From the NCBI GenBank assembly GCA_964584035.1, contig CAZOYL010000067.1, positions 2,301 through 13,995 of the forward strand: DNA of 11,695 nucleotides. Direction: 5' to 3'. The DNA is from an uncultured Gemmatimonadota bacterium (GTDB lineage Bacteria > SM23-81). Positions 7,306 through 11,695 of this stretch are shown in pieces (the first letter of the stretch is position 1; each line of letters begins with the position of its first letter). The translations under genes were made by a program, and so were the position numbers. The notes under the pieces are model-generated. The model was not told where the DNA came from, ran no database searches, and was given only the letters and a program-made list of their open reading frames with translations.

Positions 7306-8641
7306 AGGTTCCGGCCACGGTCATGCGGGCGACCCGAAAGCTGGGAGAAGAAATGCGGCCGTTGAATTCCAGATCATCGCCCACCGCATCGATGGCCGAG
7401 AAGATCTCGATCAGATCGCCGGCGATGGTCACCTGAGCGACCGGCACGGTCAACTTGCCGTTCTCGATCCAGCGGCCGAAGGCTCCGGCGGAATATCCAC
7501 CGGTGGTGGTATTGGCTCCGAACCCGATGGTCTCCTCGACGAACAGCCCCTGCTTGACATCCCTGATCAGATCGGCCGCCCTGGTGCCGCCGCTGTTCAT
7601 ATAAAAGTTGGTGGCCGAGATTCGGGGAAGATCGTTATAGGAACCTCTGGCGGCATTACCCGTCGATTCGGCACCGGCCTTGCGGGCGCCATAGGTGTCA
7701 TAGAGATACGCCTTCAGAACGCCTTCCTGGACGATCGTTTTTTTCTGCGTGCCGACGCCCTCCCCGTCGATGGGAGACGATCCCACTCCTCTCAACAGCG
7801 TGCCGTCATCGATGAGGGTCACCAGAGGTGAAGCCACCGGCTTGCCGAGCATTCCGGTCAGGAAGGAATTGTCCAGGCAGACCTCTTTCCCGTCGACGGC
7901 CCCGGCCAGCCCGCCCACCAATCCCCCGGCTGCCCGGGCATCGAAGACGACCGGAAACTCCCCGCTGGGCAACGGCTTTCCGCCAACCAGGGAGACGGCC
8001 ATGCGGCCGGCGAGGGCCGCCATTTCCGCCGGCTTCTTCAACAGACGGTATCTCCGCCGATGGCAGGTATCCCAGCCGTCCTTTTTAGCATCATCCTTGA
8101 CGGCCACCACGGAAATGTCCGTCGAGACCCTGGTTTCCTCGTAGGCATGGGAAAGACCGTGGCTATTGGCCACAGTCACCGTTCGGTACAGGTCACTGTA
8201 TGAGGCACCGTTGGAGAGCGTGATCAGAGGGTGATATTGCATGGCCAGCCGTTCGGTCTCCACCAGACGATCGACCTTCTCATGTAAAGGGATGGAAAAG
8301 AGCTTCTGGTCCACCAGAGACGTGGCCCGGACCTTTCCCGTTTCCCCGGGCAGTCCGTTGACGGGATCGGATCCGGCCATTTTTGCCAGTTCCACCGCCT
8401 TCCCGGCCAGGGCTTCAAGAGAATCGTTATCGAAATCGGCCGTATCCACAAAAGCCATACGCTGACCGACATAGACTCTCATCCCGATGCCCCGGAAGTC
8501 TTCCTTTTTGAGATACTCCACCGCTCCTTTGCGAACATCGATCCGCAGCCGGGAGCCCTCCTCAAGAAAAACTTCCGCCTCACTGGCACCCTTCCCGATC
8601 AACATATTGAGCATGTCGGCAGCGAACTCTTCGCTTTTCAA
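7304..8641 (-). CDS. pmbA: PmbA/TldE family protein, non-HEXXH subunit of the TldD/TldE metalloprotease (445 aa)
   Basis: N-terminal GASEAEVF...GIGMRVY pattern, then SFLTGMLGKPVASPLVTLIDDG, IDGEGV, STGNAAR, GGYSAGAFGRWIENG and C-terminal MTVAGT. It lacks HExxxH, lies directly downstream of tldD, and has a TTG start with a strong SD. Confidence 0.92.
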   Translation of the reverse strand: MKSEEFAADMLNMLIGKGASEAEVFLEEGSRLRIDVRKGAVEYLKKEDFRGIGMRVYVGQRMAFVDTADFDNDSLEALAGKAVELAKMAGSDPVNGLPGETGKVRATSLVDQKLFSIPLHEKVDRLVETERLAMQYHPLITLSNGASYSDLYRTVTVANSHGLSHAYEETRVSTDISVVAVKDDAKKDGWDTCHRRRYRLLKKPAEMAALAGRMAVSLVGGKPLPSGEFPVVFDARAAGGLVGGLAGAVDGKEVCLDNSFLTGMLGKPVASPLVTLIDDGTLLRGVGSSPIDGEGVGTQKKTIVQEGVLKAYLYDTYGARKAGAESTGNAARGSYNDLPRISATNFYMNSGGTRAADLIRDVKQGLFVEETIGFGANTTTGGYSAGAFGRWIENGKLTVPVAQVTIAGDLIEIFSAIDAVGDDLEFNGRISSPSFRVARMTVAGT

Positions 8642-8643
8642 AA

Positions 8644-8652
8644 CTCACCTCC
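8644..8652 (-). promoter_or_regulatory. Shine-Dalgarno site of pmbA
   Basis: GGAGGTGAG-TT-TTG, with GGAGG 6 nt from the TTG start. Confidence 0.8.
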
Positions 8653-8694
8653 GTAAAGGGATGTTCTCTTCGGACAGATGTCATCGTCCCGTGA

Positions 8695-10218
8695 TCAAGC
8701 GTTGGTGCCCCCCACCGTAATCCTGCCGATGCGCAGAGTCGGCTGCCCGCTGGTCACCGGCACCCACTGGCCCTTTCCGCAGGTGCCCGGCGCAAAATCG
8801 AGATCGTCTGCCACCATATCGATGGTTTCCAGAACCTCCGGGCCGCTGCCGATCAGCGTGGCCCCCTTCACCGGTCTGGTCAGCTCACCATTCTCGATCA
8901 GGTAGGCCTCCCGGACGGTGAAGGTGAAACTTCCCGAGGTCGTGTCCACCACTCCGCCGACGAAACCCTTGGCGAACAGACCGTTTTTCGTTTCGGCGAA
9001 AACCTCTTCAGGCTCCGACCGGCCATTGAGCACATAGGTATTGGTCATGCGCACCAGAGGATAATGCCGGAAGGACTGCCGCCGGCCGTTGCCGGTGGAG
9101 AAAGAATCCAATTGCCGGCCCGTCAGGATGTCATACATGTATCCGCGAAGAACGCCTTTCTCGATCAGGATCTTTTTCTGGGCAGGGGTTCCCTCATCGT
9201 CCACATTAAAGGAGCCCCGCAGATTGGGCACGGTGGCATCGTCCACCAGGGTGACCAGATCAGAGCCCACCCGCCGGCCTACCTTGCCGGCATAAAAAGA
9301 GGTCCCCCGCTGAATGCCGTCGGCCTCAAGACCATGCCCCACAGCCTCATGAAAGAGGACTCCGCCCCATCCATTGGAAACCACCACCGGCATCTGCCCC
9401 GCTGGAGCATCCACGGCCGCCAGCATGTCCACCGCCTCCCGGGCGGCATCGCGACCGACCTGTTCCGGAACGTCGCCGGCAAACAGCTCAAAACCCATAT
9501 GCCCGCTGATCCGGCGCCGTCCCCGGTGCCGCTGGCTGCCGTCAGCGGCCAGCGCATTGAGGATGAAATAGATCAGCGGCTGCCGGTCCTGGACCCAGAC
9601 CCCCAGGGAATTAGCGATGGCGATCTCCTTGATCTCTTCCTGGTAGTGAACCTCCACCTGGGTGATGCGACCATCATAGGATCGAGCCGCTTCATTGGCC
9701 CGCCTGATGACCTCCAGCCGCTCATCCTCCCCGACCTCCTGGAGCGGGATCTGCGATGGAATGAGATCGGAAACCTGACCCCTGGTGATCGGCTGCGGTC
9801 TGGTCGCTCCTCCGGAACGGGCCACAAAGGAAGCCGTTTTTGCAGCCTCCCGGAGCTTGTCCGGGGAAAAATCCTCAGAATAGGCGTAACCGGTCGAATC
9901 GCCTGAGACGACCCGGATGCCGATACCCTGGTCCATGCCCATCTGGATGGATGAGATCCGGTTCTCCTCCATGACGATATCTCTTCGCAGGCGTCTTTCC
10001 AGGTAGACATCGGCAAAATCCCCGCCACCCTCAAGGGCAACGTGTAATAATTGGCTGAGATCTTCCTGCATTAATCCGAACAAGGGTTCCTCCTGATGTT
10101 CAAGACCCATGGCCGCCCGGGAACGGAGTCCGTCCCACAGAAACGGTGAGACCATGACCAGCCCGGCTCCACAGGCGGTTTTCTTCAGAAATTCTCTCCT
10201 TCGCATATTCTTCCGCAT
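8695..10218 (-). CDS. tldD: TldD family metalloprotease with N-terminal twin-arginine signal peptide (507 aa)
   Basis: Motifs GGDFADVYLE, GIGIRV, metal motif HEAVGHGLEAD (HEAVGH at 9334-9351), VDDEGTP, STGNGRRQS, RMTNT, CGKGQ and GQPTLRI..ITVGG. The leader is MRKNMRRREFLKK + hydrophobic stretch + RAAMG. Confidence 0.95.
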   Translation of the reverse strand: MRKNMRRREFLKKTACGAGLVMVSPFLWDGLRSRAAMGLEHQEEPLFGLMQEDLSQLLHVALEGGGDFADVYLERRLRRDIVMEENRISSIQMGMDQGIGIRVVSGDSTGYAYSEDFSPDKLREAAKTASFVARSGGATRPQPITRGQVSDLIPSQIPLQEVGEDERLEVIRRANEAARSYDGRITQVEVHYQEEIKEIAIANSLGVWVQDRQPLIYFILNALAADGSQRHRGRRRISGHMGFELFAGDVPEQVGRDAAREAVDMLAAVDAPAGQMPVVVSNGWGGVLFHEAVGHGLEADGIQRGTSFYAGKVGRRVGSDLVTLVDDATVPNLRGSFNVDDEGTPAQKKILIEKGVLRGYMYDILTGRQLDSFSTGNGRRQSFRHYPLVRMTNTYVLNGRSEPEEVFAETKNGLFAKGFVGGVVDTTSGSFTFTVREAYLIENGELTRPVKGATLIGSGPEVLETIDMVADDLDFAPGTCGKGQWVPVTSGQPTLRIGRITVGGTNA

Positions 10219-10222
10219 ACCA

Positions 10223-10230
10223 TCCTCCTC
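10223..10230 (-). promoter_or_regulatory. Shine-Dalgarno site of tldD
   Basis: GAGGAGGA-TGGT-ATG, which supports the start at 10218 and hence translation of the Tat leader. Confidence 0.8.
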
Positions 10231-10284
10231 GGCCCTGCCATCAGATCTCTCATCCCGGAAGCCGGCGCTTGCGGTATCGAGTCA

Positions 10285-11695
10285 TCAGTCAGACATGACG
10301 CAGGATATCAGAGACTCCCGTAATTCACGGTTCAGCTGTTTGAGGTTCTTGCCGTCCAGGGCATGGCCGTTCATGGCCACCCGCAGGAGCAATACCGTCG
10401 CCTCCTCCCGCTGTACCCGGCTCATGGTCACCTCGTAGTCGCTGAGCGTACCCAGGCATCCCTTGAATGAGGGCGTACGCAGGTCGGAGGCGATGCCGAC
10501 CAGGGTGATCCGGGCGGTGTCATGGGCCGGCCCCACTGAAACGTTCCTGCCCTCGATGATGAAAGGCTTTCCGCTTTGTGCCAGTCTTCTTTGGACCCGC
10601 ATGCCCATGCGGATCAGCTCGACCAGTTCCTCGACGGTGGCGCTGACGCGGTAGAAATCTTCCAGGCCGTAGTAGAATTCACGAACCAGGTCTTCACTGG
10701 TCCGCTTGAAATGATCCCGCACCTGCGCCAATTTCTGCGTCTCCAGAATGCGCATGCCCTCATCGAAATCCCGGAACTGACCGATCTTCGCGCTCAACTG
10801 GCCCTTGATGGCCTGGTACAGGCTGCGGCGGTCGCGAAAGCGATCCAGGTCAACCTGCAGATCGATGACGTTGAAACCCTCCGATCCCATCATACGAGGC
10901 GGCTTGGATGATAACACGCTCATTCCAGCGACCGACTCGAGGGCGTCCACCAGGGCGAAAATCTGCTTCTCCTGTTCGGACCGACTGCCGGACAGGATGA
11001 TGATGATCTTGAACTCGAGATAAAAATCGGTGGACTTGGCGATGCTGAAATACACCTGAGGTATCCCGGAAGTCCTGTATTCCCTCAGCAGCAAGGGTAT
11101 GATGGCCCGGATATAGTGCTCGAATCCGCCCGGGGAATCGGTCCAGCGGGCCCGCTGAAATTTTTTGCTGGTGGCCATCTGTAAAAGCGCTTTGCGGATA
11201 TGGCGGACCTCGTCCCGGGAGTAAGGCCGACCCTTGCTGTCGCAGATCTCCAGGCGGTAAACAGTTACGCCATCAGGAGTTGTAAACTCCTTGTTGAACT
11301 TGCGCTTGAAATCCGGAACCGCATGCCCGATGGCCTCCAGGCAGTCGTTCAGAGAAACCTCCCGGTCATAGCCCGCCACGGAGATGCCGGTGAGGTGTTC
11401 ACGTTTCGTCTTGAGATTCTTGATCCATACCTGGGGACGGCCTCCGGTTTCGCGAACCTTCTTGAGAAACCGGCTGTTGACGATGATCTGATCGACCAGA
11501 TCCTCCACCTTACGCTCGTAGACATACTCCTCCGGACGGCTGGCGAAAAACATGACCGCTTCGCCCCGGCGTCCCAACAGATCCTCCAACTCCTCTGGGG
11601 GACACTGTTTCTCGATGGCCTCGATGACCCGGCTGTAGGTCTCCAGACGTCTCCCCTCCCGGGCGATGAGATAGGCCTTGGCCCGGCTGCCGATG
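10285..11695 (-). CDS. Uncharacterised protein, C-terminal part (>=469 aa), with divergent ACT-like domains reminiscent of the GlnD C-terminus / large NAD-GDH N-terminus
   Basis: The frame stays open upstream of the track's TTG at 11589 to the window edge (IGSRAKAYLIAREGRRLETYSRVIEAIEKQCPPEELEDLL...), so the true start lies outside the window. It ends with a tandem TGA TGA. The segment FTTPDGVTVYRLEICDSKGRPYSRDEVRHIRKAL resembles the GlnD ACT1 pattern. Confidence 0.8.
   Translation of the reverse strand, partial: IGSRAKAYLIAREGRRLETYSRVIEAIEKQCPPEELEDLLGRRGEAVMFFASRPEEYVYERKVEDLVDQIIVNSRFLKKVRETGGRPQVWIKNLKTKREHLTGISVAGYDREVSLNDCLEAIGHAVPDFKRKFNKEFTTPDGVTVYRLEICDSKGRPYSRDEVRHIRKALLQMATSKKFQRARWTDSPGGFEHYIRAIIPLLLREYRTSGIPQVYFSIAKSTDFYLEFKIIIILSGSRSEQEKQIFALVDALESVAGMSVLSSKPPRMMGSEGFNVIDLQVDLDRFRDRRSLYQAIKGQLSAKIGQFRDFDEGMRILETQKLAQVRDHFKRTSEDLVREFYYGLEDFYRVSATVEELVELIRMGMRVQRRLAQSGKPFIIEGRNVSVGPAHDTARITLVGIASDLRTPSFKGCLGTLSDYEVTMSRVQREEATVLLLRVAMNGHALDGKNLKQLNRELRESLISCVMSD

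Noticed and set aside
10282..10287. Sec read-through at the other TGA stops (10285, 8695, 7304, 3878)
   Set aside because: None has a Cys at -3. The stop at 10285 is a double TGA, TldD, PmbA and the kinase end at expected C-termini, and I saw no comparable GGUC-loop hairpin at the right spacing.
11587..11589. TTG start assigned by the ORF track to the 434-aa protein
   Set aside because: The frame is open with typical codon usage up to the window edge, so the gene is more likely 5'-truncated.

Overview
All real genes in this GC-rich bacterial window lie on the minus strand, and the window cuts the genes at both ends. In transcription order (right to left) they are: (1) the 3' part of a large uncharacterised protein with divergent GlnD/NAD-GDH-like ACT segments; (2) tldD with a twin-arginine (Tat) leader; (3) pmbA/tldE with no leader; (4) a small lipoprotein with a C-terminal transmembrane helix; (5) three tandem Hanks-type Ser/Thr kinases. 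The two complete kinases are kinase + TolB-N-like + TPR proteins, one soluble and one membrane-spanning; the third is truncated by the window edge. The most notable observation concerns the lipoprotein. Its annotated TGA stop would complete a CxxU motif (C-P-T-TGA-K-TAA), and a hairpin with a GGUC loop follows at the spacing of a bacterial SECIS element. It may therefore be an unannotated membrane selenoprotein. No rRNA, tRNA, CRISPR array or mobile element was seen. No searches were run, so all family calls come from motif recognition by eye.
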